Virus record (IMG/VR): IMGVR_UViG_3300050014_000654
Location: 1 to 49,224 of that record
DNA: 49,224 bases
Reading direction: 5' to 3' (one strand)
DNA from: a virus
Taxonomy: Duplodnaviria; Caudoviricetes
Shown: positions 17,715 through 27,154 of the stretch, one piece after another
Position numbering within the stretch: position 1 is the stretch's first letter
Layout: each line of letters opens with the position of its first letter
Translations under genes and position numbers: made by a program
The notes under the pieces: model-generated
What the model was told of the DNA's origin: nothing
Databases searched by the model: none
The model's input: only the letters and a program-made list of their open reading frames with translations

Positions 17715-19342
17715 AATCTGTAACTCTTAACTTTCCTTTCGGCATCAAAAAGTGTTTCCGCGCCTCGATCCCTAAGCCGGATTACGTTGCGTCCCTGAAG
17801 TTTGCCCAAGACGCGGCTTGCACCAAAAAGGACGCGGGCACGTTCAATAGCGGCATCATCGGCAATCACCGCGCCCCATTCGTTGGAAAGCTGGGGGAGT
17901 TCGCGCTTTCGTATTTGATTAAACAGCATGTTGATTTGGTTATCCTTGATAAGGGCGGGCATGATGCAGGTTGTGACTTTGAGACTAACGGCATTAAAAT
18001 TGACGTCAAGACCAACAAAAAGCTCAACAATGCCGCCTTTGTCGTTAAAACCAATGAGCGCGGCGGCGAGGTCCCTCTTACGTCTGACGTTTTCGTGGTC
18101 GCCTATCTGGAGGAAGAAAATGAGGACGCCCAAACGGCGACGGTAATTCTCGTCGGCTGGTTCTTAAAGTCAGACCTAAACGAATCCCTCGTTAAACCCG
18201 GTCGTTTCGGCAATCAAATTAATTATGAGATTCCCTACTCGCTGACTAAGGACATGGACGGGCTTAAAGACCATCTCGCCGTTCCGCTAAAAAAGAGAGA
18301 GTTGATTCCCCTATCTGCCTCCAAGATAAAGACTTTTGAGAATTGCTCGTGGATGTATTGGGTGAATTACCATTTAAAGTTCCCCCAGACTAAGAATGAT
18401 GGGTCCCGGAAGGGCGACGTCTGCCACCAGACCTTTGAGCTTTTGATTAACCGCGAGAAGCATGGTCACATCGTCGAGAAAGTCGTCAAGGCGGCTACTA
18501 TCACCGCCCACAACCCCCTCGAGCGTTTGGTTCGACGTTACGCCAAAGAGACTGGGCTGGAGGACAATTATGAGAACTTCCATCATTTGGACGAGATGAT
18601 AATTTGCGGTTTAAACGCCGACTTCTATGTAAAGGGTGGGGTGCTCCTCGGCGCGGAGTTCAAGTTTGACTTTGTTGACTCCCAGAATAGGTTCCACCTT
18701 AAGGGGTTCATTGATAAGCCGTTCATTGTCGGCAAGCGAATGGTCATTGACGATTACAAGTCTTCCAAAAAAAAATTCGAGGGAGAAGAGGAAGAGTCTA
18801 ATGTCCAAGCGTTAATTTACAGCTATTCCTGCGCAAAACTGTTCCCGCACCTTGAGCCAGAGGTCAGGTTTATCTTTTTGCAGTTCCCGGACGACCCGAT
18901 TATGCGTCTCAAGTTCAGCCCTGAAGCCTTGACTGGCTTTGAAGGCTACCTTGAGATGATTCAAAAGAAAGTCGAAAACTTTGAACTGAAGAACGCCTAT
19001 GACCATTTTGCGGCGGACCACAACCCGCCCAAGGGTGAGTTTAAGGGCAAATTGCTGTGTGGTTTCGCGTCGTTTCCGGGGGAACTCAAGAAGGACGGCA
19101 AAATTAAGTGGGTCTGTCCGTATAAGTTCCCGCGCGATTACTTTTCAGTGAAGAAAGAGGGTGAGATTCTTTATTCTTCGTTTGAGAAGGAGACGATTAA
19201 ATTAAAACCCGGCGAGGTTATTGAAAAACTTCATTACGGCGGTTGCCCGCGCCACGCAAATAGATTAGGCGACATGCCAGCCGCTCCGGTTGTCGCCCAA
19301 AGGATCACGAGTCAGAGATTTGACCCGTTGGAGGATTTTTGA
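17708..19342 (+). CDS. Two-domain PD-(D/E)XK nuclease with a C-terminal RecB/Cas4-like exonuclease
   Basis: N domain GKLGEFA...GCDF...IDVKT. C domain LSASKIKTFENC, GFIDK, IDDYKSSK and QALIY, with C-terminal Cys residues. Confidence 0.8.
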   Translation: MLESVTLNFPFGIKKCFRASIPKPDYVASLKFAQDAACTKKDAGTFNSGIIGNHRAPFVGKLGEFALSYLIKQHVDLVILDKGGHDAGCDFETNGIKIDVKTNKKLNNAAFVVKTNERGGEVPLTSDVFVVAYLEEENEDAQTATVILVGWFLKSDLNESLVKPGRFGNQINYEIPYSLTKDMDGLKDHLAVPLKKRELIPLSASKIKTFENCSWMYWVNYHLKFPQTKNDGSRKGDVCHQTFELLINREKHGHIVEKVVKAATITAHNPLERLVRRYAKETGLEDNYENFHHLDEMIICGLNADFYVKGGVLLGAEFKFDFVDSQNRFHLKGFIDKPFIVGKRMVIDDYKSSKKKFEGEEEESNVQALIYSYSCAKLFPHLEPEVRFIFLQFPDDPIMRLKFSPEALTGFEGYLEMIQKKVENFELKNAYDHFAADHNPPKGEFKGKLLCGFASFPGELKKDGKIKWVCPYKFPRDYFSVKKEGEILYSSFEKETIKLKPGEVIEKLHYGGCPRHANRLGDMPAAPVVAQRITSQRFDPLEDF

Positions 19343-19344
19343 GA

Positions 19345-19518
19345 TTATTTCTTAATCTCGGTAATTGCCGCCTCGACTACTCCAGAGACGGCTTTTCCTG
19401 CGTCAACGACCGAGTCAACGGTTGCTTTATTTTTACGCCCGACGAGGATTCCAACCGGGAACCAAATCACGCCGCCAACAATCGCGCCTGCCAATGCTAT
19501 CAATAAATGTAAGAACAT
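19345..19518 (-). CDS. Small single-pass membrane protein
   Basis: Hydrophobic N-terminus followed by RKNK. Fills the gap exactly and is preceded by GTGTAAT. Confidence 0.7.
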   Translation of the reverse strand: MFLHLLIALAGAIVGGVIWFPVGILVGRKNKATVDSVVDAGKAVSGVVEAAITEIKK

Positions 19519-19529
19519 ATCAGATATAA

Positions 19530-19535
19530 TTACAC
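19530..19535 (-). promoter_or_regulatory. GTGTAA(T) putative late-promoter motif
   Basis: 11 nt upstream of ATG 19518. Confidence 0.55.
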
Positions 19536-19547
19536 TCAAAACCCCCC

Positions 19548-19576
19548 TTGACTGAATTCCAAGTTTTCGGCAGACT
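19548..19576 (+). promoter_or_regulatory. Sigma70-like promoter for the PHP/exonuclease genes
   Basis: TTGACT-17 nt-CAGACT, with AAGT in the spacer, 6 nt before the GTG start. Confidence 0.6.
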
Positions 19577-19582
19577 TAAACC

Positions 19583-20368
19583 GTGAGTTACAAAATTATT
19601 CCTTTGATCAAGAGTCATTATTCAATGAACTCAACAATCACATTGGACAAACCTACGGGCAAGCCAGACTCCTACCCGGCGTCCGCCTTTGACTTGGTCA
19701 TACAGAACGGGTTGGATACCCTCATTTTGGTTGAGGACTCAATCAGCGGCTTCTTGCAAGCGGCAAAGCACGCTGGCGATAACAAGGTTAAACTCATCTT
19801 TGGACTGAGGATGGACGTGGTTGAGGATGCGTCAATTAAGGACGACGATTCCCTGAAAAAGCGCGCCAAGTATATCATTTTTGCCAACAACACCCAAGGC
19901 TACCAAAACCTCATTAAAATTTGGTCCTTTGCGGCGAAGGATGGATTTTACTACAATCCTGTGATTGATTTTCGGCATCTGACCGAATACTGGGGAAAGG
20001 ATGTTCGACTGGCGGTTCCGTTCTATGATTCGTTCCTTTACGCGAATGCATTCGAATCTCACTCGCATGTTCCTCAGATTGAAGCCTTTAATCCGGTATT
20101 CTTTACGGAGGATAATGATCTTCCCTTTGACGACATGCTCAAAGCTAAAGTGGAAAAATACTGCAAAGGCAAATACGAGGTTGTCCCCGCCCAAAGCATC
20201 TATTATAAAAAGAAGGAGGACTTTTTGGCGTATGTGGCTTTTCGGTGTTTACAGCATCGGGGATTCAGCACAAATAAACCCTGCCTTGATCGCCCGGAGC
20301 TGGATCATATGGGCAGTGACACATTTAATTTTGAGCGTTGGCTTAAGAACAATCAGGAGACCAAATAA
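19583..20368 (+). CDS. Stand-alone PHP domain of DNA polymerase III alpha (split DnaE)
   Basis: KSHYS, KLIFGLR, FANNTQGYQNLIKIWS, GFYYNPVID and SIYYKKKED match the DnaE N-terminus. No polymerase domain is present. Confidence 0.8.
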   Translation: MSYKIIPLIKSHYSMNSTITLDKPTGKPDSYPASAFDLVIQNGLDTLILVEDSISGFLQAAKHAGDNKVKLIFGLRMDVVEDASIKDDDSLKKRAKYIIFANNTQGYQNLIKIWSFAAKDGFYYNPVIDFRHLTEYWGKDVRLAVPFYDSFLYANAFESHSHVPQIEAFNPVFFTEDNDLPFDDMLKAKVEKYCKGKYEVVPAQSIYYKKKEDFLAYVAFRCLQHRGFSTNKPCLDRPELDHMGSDTFNFERWLKNNQETK

Positions 20369-20369
20369 T

Positions 20370-21017
20370 ATGGACGGCGAACTTCTTCGTTATAATAAAA
20401 ACGTCAAATATTGTCTTCTGGACTTTGAGACGTTTAATCTTAACCTTAACTTTGCCCGTAACCGCCCATGGCAAGTCGGCATCATCAACGCCAAGGGCGA
20501 CCAAATCGTCGAAGAAAAAGACATCCGCATTACGTGGCACGACGCGCCCCACCTCAAGATTAGCAAGGAAGCCGCCGTTATCACCCGCTTTGACCAAGCG
20601 TTGCATAACCGCCTAGCCGTGACGCCGGAGGAGGCATTCAAGAAATTCTGGAGTGATTTGGAAAACGCAGATCATATCATTATGCACAATGGCATACGAT
20701 TCGACCTTTATCTATTGAAGGGATACGGCGAATATATGGGTGTCCCATGGAAGTGGATTGTTCCTAAAATGATTGATACAAAGTCTCTGGCACAAGGGAT
20801 TAAAATGGGTATCCCGTTTCAACCCAAAGATGGGGATTTCCTTGAATATCAGTTTCGAATGGCGAACGCCTTTGTTAAGGGTATTAAGACGAACCTTCAG
20901 GCTTTAGGTAAGGAATTTGGCATAGACCATGACTATGAGAAGTTGCATGACGCTATAGTAGATTTGAGACTTAATTTCAAAGTCTTCAGAAAGTTAATTT
21001 TCCAAGTGGAAATTTAG
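20370..21017 (+). CDS. DEDDh 3'-5' exonuclease (DnaQ/epsilon-like)
   Basis: ExoI LDFET, ExoII HNGIRFD and ExoIII HDAIVD. The likely start is ATG 20370. Confidence 0.88.
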   Translation: MDGELLRYNKNVKYCLLDFETFNLNLNFARNRPWQVGIINAKGDQIVEEKDIRITWHDAPHLKISKEAAVITRFDQALHNRLAVTPEEAFKKFWSDLENADHIIMHNGIRFDLYLLKGYGEYMGVPWKWIVPKMIDTKSLAQGIKMGIPFQPKDGDFLEYQFRMANAFVKGIKTNLQALGKEFGIDHDYEKLHDAIVDLRLNFKVFRKLIFQVEI

Positions 21018-21934
21018 CTTTTGACAACGTAAGTGGGATTATACGAAACGGTCCCCACGGTCTTAGTCTTTGGCGTTGGGAAGGAGTTCGGCGTCGTTAC
21101 GACTAACGGAATGCAGCTATTACCTCCAGCGGTGGCGGCGGAGCGGGATCGTTGCTCGTAATTCATATCTTCGTAACTGATAATCGGCATCGTCACATAA
21201 GGCGTTCCCGCAAACAAATACCCACCATTTGCCGTGTAAATCGTCTGATTCCCCGACCAAGCTCCTGCAAAAATTTGTTGCAGAGAATTATATAGAGCAG
21301 CGTTTGATAGGTTGATTGTCAATACCAACGCCTCATACTGAGACCTAGTTAGCGTAAAGTTCCAAAGACCAGCATAAGAGCTGGGGGCAATAGTCTTTAC
21401 TCTCAATCCCGCCGCCTTACTAGCGTCACTCGCGAAATATGACAACCCCGCCCCTTGGTTGTGCCAAGCATTATAAGTCTGTTGCGCGGTTAAGTATGGG
21501 AAAACCGATCTGTAAATTGGGTCACTTGTGGGGTCCATCCCTTTGGACAGCCTGCGAATCTTAATCGAGTCGCCAAGCTGATAGGGTTTGTTTAAGCGGG
21601 GGATGCTGTTGATCGCCGGAGCGGCAGAAGTCCCTTTGTTGATATTACCTTCTGTGTCAGAACGTTGCTGATTAGCTGGAGCCGACGCGATCCCGCCGTC
21701 CGCCTTAATCCAAAGTTCCTCTGGGCGGCGCACCACGGCGAACATACTCACCCATTTATCCTTGCTCATAAAACGGTCGCAAGGTTCGATTTTCACAATC
21801 AGAAAGCGGCTCAGAATGTCAAAATGGTAATCCTCATCGAGTCCGGGGTCCCCATAGTTGGCGACAACACGGGCGTCCAAAATTTCATTTGTTTTGTTAC
21901 TCGCCGCAACCCGCTTATCATCAAGGCTTGACAT
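21014..21934 (-). CDS. Putative virion/tail protein
   Basis: Last gene of the structural block. Likely ATG at 21934. Confidence 0.65.
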   Translation of the reverse strand: MSSLDDKRVAASNKTNEILDARVVANYGDPGLDEDYHFDILSRFLIVKIEPCDRFMSKDKWVSMFAVVRRPEELWIKADGGIASAPANQQRSDTEGNINKGTSAAPAINSIPRLNKPYQLGDSIKIRRLSKGMDPTSDPIYRSVFPYLTAQQTYNAWHNQGAGLSYFASDASKAAGLRVKTIAPSSYAGLWNFTLTRSQYEALVLTINLSNAALYNSLQQIFAGAWSGNQTIYTANGGYLFAGTPYVTMPIISYEDMNYEQRSRSAATAGGNSCIPLVVTTPNSFPTPKTKTVGTVSYNPTYVVKS

Positions 21935-21936
21935 AA

Positions 21937-23883
21937 TCAAAAATCCAAATCTCCAAGGTTAACATCCCAAGTATTCTGCGTATAAGCCGTGGAGTTATAG
22001 ACGGTATCCAGTTGGGTTTGAGTAGAAGTGAAGCTCAAAGGCTCACTTGAAGGAGTGGCGGAAAAGTAATCTCCGGTCACACTAAAATTTTTTTTTAAGA
22101 ACAAAGGATCCGAGCTGAAGTATTTTGTCCCCGTTATCGGAAACCCATAGCCGGACCCATCCTCGGTTCCAATGGTAATCATTACAGAAACCGGGTTTGT
22201 GTTAGGGACGCCGCTGTAGGATGATTGGATTGTCAGATAGTTTTGATTGGCGTCCATCGTCACTCCGCTAAAATAATTTGGATTAGCGTAAGGAATACTC
22301 TGAAATTCACCATTCCCAATGCTATAAGCGAAGTCCCAACTGTTCGCAAAAGAATAATTGAAACCCGTCACCGCCAAAACAACTCCCGTGGCGTTTTTGG
22401 TTAAAGAATCGCCCGCCCGTCTTACGAAAGAGACTTTTGGCAAATAAGAGGTTTGGTTATATCCTTGACCGACGTTTGTGAGAGAAATCCCAGAGACTCG
22501 ATAGCCCGTCTGGCTCGCGCCCACAACTCCCGTCACGCAAACAACCTCGCCCGTTAATCCGTCGGCAAGCGTTTTAAGTGCCCCCTTCCCAGAGAATGGA
22601 GTGAACCAAGCCTTATTGTTCGCGTAATAACGGGGGACGTCAAAGCAGCTAGAATATTTGCCCGTATTAACTACCGACATTGGTGCGGAAGTGTATCCAT
22701 CCCCGGACGAGTAAGCATTATAAGACTCTGGGATGTAATAAGTTGCAGTTCCCGCCGTATAGAGATTCTGAAATAAAACCGGGCGCATTCCCAAATAACC
22801 AGACGCCGAACTGATTCGCTCAACGGCAGAGAATGTAATATCTAAATTGCCCGTGCAACCGCTGCTAAACAACATCGACGAAAAAGCCTGTTCCAATCCA
22901 GTTACTTGATAATATCCGCTGGAGACCAAAGTTGGGGGGTAAAGATACTCGCCGCTGCTGGTCATGTTAATCCCAGTCACATAGTAGGTGGAGGTCGTCC
23001 CGGTCGGCGTTATTCCGCTTGCACGTATGGTGACATAGGAAGGGGACTGGGTGCCCATGTTATTCATTTTGCGAACACTAACCGAAATGAGATTCGACTG
23101 GATCTCATCTTGGAACGTAAACGAAGTCCCAGACGCCATCCCATTAAACAGCCCCGAAATCCCTCCGTCCACCGACAGCGGCGTAAACGTCAGAGACGAA
23201 CCAGCCTGAAGTCCCGTTCGATTAACGGTGATAATCTGAGGAACGCTATCAAAAGTAGTGTCGAGAGTTGCTTTAAAGCTAATCGGCGCGTTGGATTGGT
23301 TGGTGTCAATGTCATAAAGATAAATTGGTGCCGGGGACCCCGACGCTGAATATACGGGTCCAAGGTTTCCGGTGAGCAAAGGCTGATACGAATTGTAAAA
23401 CTCCAGTGTCCCGCCGTAGGTTACGCACGGGACCGCTGAAGATATTCGTCCAATAGACCCCGACCCTGCGCCGAAGTCTCCCGCTGAAAGAGAATATGCA
23501 AAAGGATTTGAATTTAAAACCAAATCGCAACTCAAGGTCCCATCTAGGACATTAACGGTTATTCCCGAGATGTTGGGCGTCCCTGCCACTAGATAGTCAT
23601 AAACGACGCCATCTACACACCAAAGCCACTTATCCGTCGTGGCGGTTTTTACTTTAAACCCACTAACTGAAAATGCCTCTCCAATGTTATACGAGGAAAT
23701 ATGAGACACCGAATCGTGCCCGAGGATTTTTCCTCCAGAGAAGGTGATTCCGTTGATGGACGTATCAACGCATGTAAACTTGATGGTCGCGGGGACGTAG
23801 CTGCTAAGGACAACATCTTTGAATAGGAAACCGAATTCGGCTACCTGTGGCAAAGTAAGGTCATTAACTCCGCTGAATAACAC
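21937..23883 (-). CDS. Putative tail/baseplate protein, SG/TG-rich
   Basis: 648-aa beta-rich ORF with GxGYTSAP-like motifs (SSGDGYTSAP, NVGQGYNQT). Confidence 0.7.
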   Translation of the reverse strand: MLFSGVNDLTLPQVAEFGFLFKDVVLSSYVPATIKFTCVDTSINGITFSGGKILGHDSVSHISSYNIGEAFSVSGFKVKTATTDKWLWCVDGVVYDYLVAGTPNISGITVNVLDGTLSCDLVLNSNPFAYSLSAGDFGAGSGSIGRISSAVPCVTYGGTLEFYNSYQPLLTGNLGPVYSASGSPAPIYLYDIDTNQSNAPISFKATLDTTFDSVPQIITVNRTGLQAGSSLTFTPLSVDGGISGLFNGMASGTSFTFQDEIQSNLISVSVRKMNNMGTQSPSYVTIRASGITPTGTTSTYYVTGINMTSSGEYLYPPTLVSSGYYQVTGLEQAFSSMLFSSGCTGNLDITFSAVERISSASGYLGMRPVLFQNLYTAGTATYYIPESYNAYSSGDGYTSAPMSVVNTGKYSSCFDVPRYYANNKAWFTPFSGKGALKTLADGLTGEVVCVTGVVGASQTGYRVSGISLTNVGQGYNQTSYLPKVSFVRRAGDSLTKNATGVVLAVTGFNYSFANSWDFAYSIGNGEFQSIPYANPNYFSGVTMDANQNYLTIQSSYSGVPNTNPVSVMITIGTEDGSGYGFPITGTKYFSSDPLFLKKNFSVTGDYFSATPSSEPLSFTSTQTQLDTVYNSTAYTQNTWDVNLGDLDF

Positions 23884-23884
23884 A

Positions 23885-26800
23885 TCAATTCTTTTTTAAC
23901 CGAGCCGTGATCTTGTTAAGGATCGACTCTTGTTTTGGCAAAACCTTGGGTCTGTCCGCGAACGAGAGGCTCGTGGTCATTCCCTCTGTAGTTACACTCA
24001 TCGACAGTCGGTTCAATCCATTGCTAGGATTTAAATAATCCGAGAAGGATCCAAAATTCGCCGGGGTGCCTGCTAAAGTGAGGTCGACCGTCTTCATTGG
24101 AGAAGTCAGTTCGTAATTGTTGAGGTCTTTGACGTAGTTGTGATACTGTTCAACCGTCGTAACCACCTGACTTCCTCCCGTAATGACCGTCATATAGGGG
24201 ACAAAACGCTCCCTAAAGGGGTCCAACTGAGGCTGAATGTCTGGATCAATGGTATTATTCACCACCTTTAACGATGTAGTTTGGTTGAAGGTGCAATTTA
24301 CAGGCTCGCCGAACACCTCGACGATTTCAGGGGTGCGGTTCTCCAAGGTCACTTCTGAGCTTAAGATTCCTCGATACCCGCCCAAAAGGTTGGTTGTGAT
24401 GGGGTAAACGATATTAAAGTCCACCTGCGCGGTTTTTAATTGCAGTTGATCGGTCAGGAGGTCAGAGTAGTAAAAGGCTCCATTGGTGTCACTATTCCCC
24501 AAGAGACGGCTCATCGGATCGCGGTAATCATTGCGGATGGGATTTTTGACCACCTTAATATTCAACCCCCGCGAGTTCGGCGACAAAAGGGTTTCAAGGG
24601 TAAATCCTTCAGTAAAGTAATTGAACTTATCTTCGTCGGTGATACATCCATACCGAGGGTCGCCCAAAGTGCCCTCATGGAAGCGCCCAGACAAGACTCC
24701 CTTGCACATTTCCTGCAAAAGACTGAGGTCGCAAACCGTTGGAGTTTTCATCTCAGCCCGGCGTTTAACCGCCTCGCGCTGCCGATCTACATAAGCCTGA
24801 AGCATCTGCACGTTGGTAAACATTGTCCCCTTGGGGTTGAACTCAACGTAAATGTTTGGATGGTTCTTTGTGTCCGCGAGTAGCAAAACGTGTAGTTTTG
24901 AGCATTGTTGCTGGAGCTTATTATGCAGGTTGTAGTATTGCTGGACTGTGCGGTCCATGTCCGTTTGTTGAGGGAAGTTATCCAATACAGTCGAATATTC
25001 AGCATAAAGTCTTTGCAAGTCTGGATTAGCTTGGGGTCTGAATAAATCCAATCGCCAGTCTTGCTGTTTTTTGGGGATATTCGTTGAGATATTGGTGAAC
25101 GACTGATTTTCTCCAAACTGTTGAGCGCAAACATCATCCAAATTAAGCGACATGGCGCGCTTGTATTCCTCTTGAAGGGTGCCCCATTCGTTTGAAATCT
25201 CAGAATAAAACAGCCCTGTCGGAAAGATTCCGCTACGAGTCAAATCCAAAGGCAGCGACTCACTCATCGGCGTCATCAAACCAGAATAAAGTATCAAATC
25301 CTTAAATGGAGATTGGCGCATTACAAAGTATTGCTGGGCGTCCGGCTGGATATTGTGACTAATTCGCAAGAGAGACGTCCCCGCCTCGCCGTAGAGACCT
25401 TCCTTGGGACTCATGTCAACGAGGCTGTTCTGTGGCATATAAGGGTAGTGATTCAAAAGCCCTTGAGTCACCAAGCCAAACTTATACATGCTGTCCGCCG
25501 CGCTCTGTTCCCAGTTTAAAATATCCTGCTTAAAGTCAGGATAATAATACCCCAAGTAAACCCTATAAAATCTTTGGTCGCGGCAAATGTTGCTTACGTC
25601 GTCTCCGCCCCCTTGGACCATGGCTTCAATCGCAACCGTTTTGGCTTCATCGGTGATTTCCACAAGGGGGAACATCCCCAACGCCCTAAAGTTCGCCGCG
25701 CGAATCGCCTCGGTCTCTCCATTTAAAGCTCGGTCCTGACAGAAAATGTCCCTCAATGCCTCATCATAATGGCTTAAGCATATCGCCGTATCAATTTCCC
25801 CATAGGTTCGCCCATCCAACTCTGGCAGAGTGAGATTCCTGTCGGTGCTGCTGAGTTCGAAGTCGTTTGCCCATGCAATGTCTTGGAACCACGTCCCGAA
25901 GGCGTCGCAGCGAAGTGTAGGGCGGTTGCTGTGGCGGTTAAAGTCAATGGGGTGCAAAGGTAGCATCCCAACGTAGCGTTTGGGACTCTTAACGTCGACG
26001 GCGAGGGTTCTCGGGCGATTGTTGGCTGTAATGACGGACTGTTTGAAGGTGTTATTGAGGCTAACGCTAGATTTGTAAGATAGAATCGCCGAATTTTGGT
26101 TCAAAGCGAATTGCGAACCAAGGGGTGTCGTCGGATCCGCAATAGAGACGATTGGGCTAATGTCGATTGCCCTATTCAAGCTGATTCCAATAAACGTCTT
26201 CCCGGAGCAATAATAATCCAAACCCAAGTCCGAACACCATTGACCCAACACTTCCCTCAAGGGACCCATGTAGTTTTGGTGGTAGATGTAATCGGCGTCT
26301 TGGATTTCCTTGGGGAACGCGCCTTCAAATTTGATTCCGCGCATTCTCAATGATGCAAGTAATTGATTCAGGTTGTAGCTGACATTTGCTAGGTCGCCAC
26401 ACCGCTCCTCAGTCGCCTCCTCCGTCCCAATGATTAGATAGCCGCCGTTCAAGTCAAACTGCGCTGACTGGACGGGCTGTTTGAATAACGCCTCCCATTG
26501 GGCGTAAAGGTTCTTTTGGTCCGGGATATCCTTGAAATTATCGTAGGTCTGTCCATTGATTCCAACGTAAGATCCATAAGACATACTCCTCGTCGTGCTG
26601 CCCATTGAACTGAACGAACTTCCAGCCATTAAACAGTCCGGGCAGACAACAGGAAATTCAATCGTAGCATCGGACTTATAGACGTGCTTTTTGCCCTGAC
26701 GCTTAAGTAGTCCAACGTAAATCTTATCAAAAATCACCGAATAGTCTTTGAATGTAACACTTAAAATCTTCGTGTTATTCTCGATGGTGATATCGTGAGC

Positions 26801-27130
26801 GAAGAGGATGAAGTCGGTGAACTTGACTCCATTGAAGTCTATATCGTATAGGTTTTCGTCGCCACCCGCGCCAGCGTCGCACTTGAGGTCCTTGTCTTGG
26901 ATATCAAAGAAGGCATACTTTTGATCGCGGTCTGTGACTTCAAGGACGATACTCAGCTTAATCTCTGTGGGTTGGGCGCTGAAACCAATATCGCTCGTGG
27001 CATTATAAATCCACCCTCCAAAGGCGAAAGACGTCGGGAACGCGCCGCCAACCATGCTCTTTTGGAAACGCCCGAGATTATAGTTGCCCTTGGGGGTAAC
27101 TTTAACGCCTTGGAGTAATTGATAACCCAT
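23885..27130 (-). CDS. Putative tail tip / baseplate hub protein
   Basis: ~1080-aa ORF downstream of the tape measure gene. The LREVLGQWCSDLGLDYY segment resembles hub proteins. Likely ATG at 27130. Confidence 0.6.
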   Translation of the reverse strand: MGYQLLQGVKVTPKGNYNLGRFQKSMVGGAFPTSFAFGGWIYNATSDIGFSAQPTEIKLSIVLEVTDRDQKYAFFDIQDKDLKCDAGAGGDENLYDIDFNGVKFTDFILFAHDITIENNTKILSVTFKDYSVIFDKIYVGLLKRQGKKHVYKSDATIEFPVVCPDCLMAGSSFSSMGSTTRSMSYGSYVGINGQTYDNFKDIPDQKNLYAQWEALFKQPVQSAQFDLNGGYLIIGTEEATEERCGDLANVSYNLNQLLASLRMRGIKFEGAFPKEIQDADYIYHQNYMGPLREVLGQWCSDLGLDYYCSGKTFIGISLNRAIDISPIVSIADPTTPLGSQFALNQNSAILSYKSSVSLNNTFKQSVITANNRPRTLAVDVKSPKRYVGMLPLHPIDFNRHSNRPTLRCDAFGTWFQDIAWANDFELSSTDRNLTLPELDGRTYGEIDTAICLSHYDEALRDIFCQDRALNGETEAIRAANFRALGMFPLVEITDEAKTVAIEAMVQGGGDDVSNICRDQRFYRVYLGYYYPDFKQDILNWEQSAADSMYKFGLVTQGLLNHYPYMPQNSLVDMSPKEGLYGEAGTSLLRISHNIQPDAQQYFVMRQSPFKDLILYSGLMTPMSESLPLDLTRSGIFPTGLFYSEISNEWGTLQEEYKRAMSLNLDDVCAQQFGENQSFTNISTNIPKKQQDWRLDLFRPQANPDLQRLYAEYSTVLDNFPQQTDMDRTVQQYYNLHNKLQQQCSKLHVLLLADTKNHPNIYVEFNPKGTMFTNVQMLQAYVDRQREAVKRRAEMKTPTVCDLSLLQEMCKGVLSGRFHEGTLGDPRYGCITDEDKFNYFTEGFTLETLLSPNSRGLNIKVVKNPIRNDYRDPMSRLLGNSDTNGAFYYSDLLTDQLQLKTAQVDFNIVYPITTNLLGGYRGILSSEVTLENRTPEIVEVFGEPVNCTFNQTTSLKVVNNTIDPDIQPQLDPFRERFVPYMTVITGGSQVVTTVEQYHNYVKDLNNYELTSPMKTVDLTLAGTPANFGSFSDYLNPSNGLNRLSMSVTTEGMTTSLSFADRPKVLPKQESILNKITARLKKN

Positions 27131-27154
27131 AAATATTATACTCAAAAATCACCA

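Noticed and set aside
20001-20369. N-terminal extension of the exonuclease ORF (338 aa in the ORF track)
   Set aside because: It overlaps the PHP gene out of frame and reads as non-protein-like. ATG 20370 follows the PHP stop directly.
22088-22096. A9 run (minus strand) as a frameshift or phase-variation site
   Set aside because: Both shifted frames stop within a few codons, and there is no supporting evidence without reads.
23891-23897. A AAA AAG slippery heptamer at the end of the hub gene
   Set aside because: The next gene is in the +1 frame. A -1 shift reaches a stop after about 17 codons.
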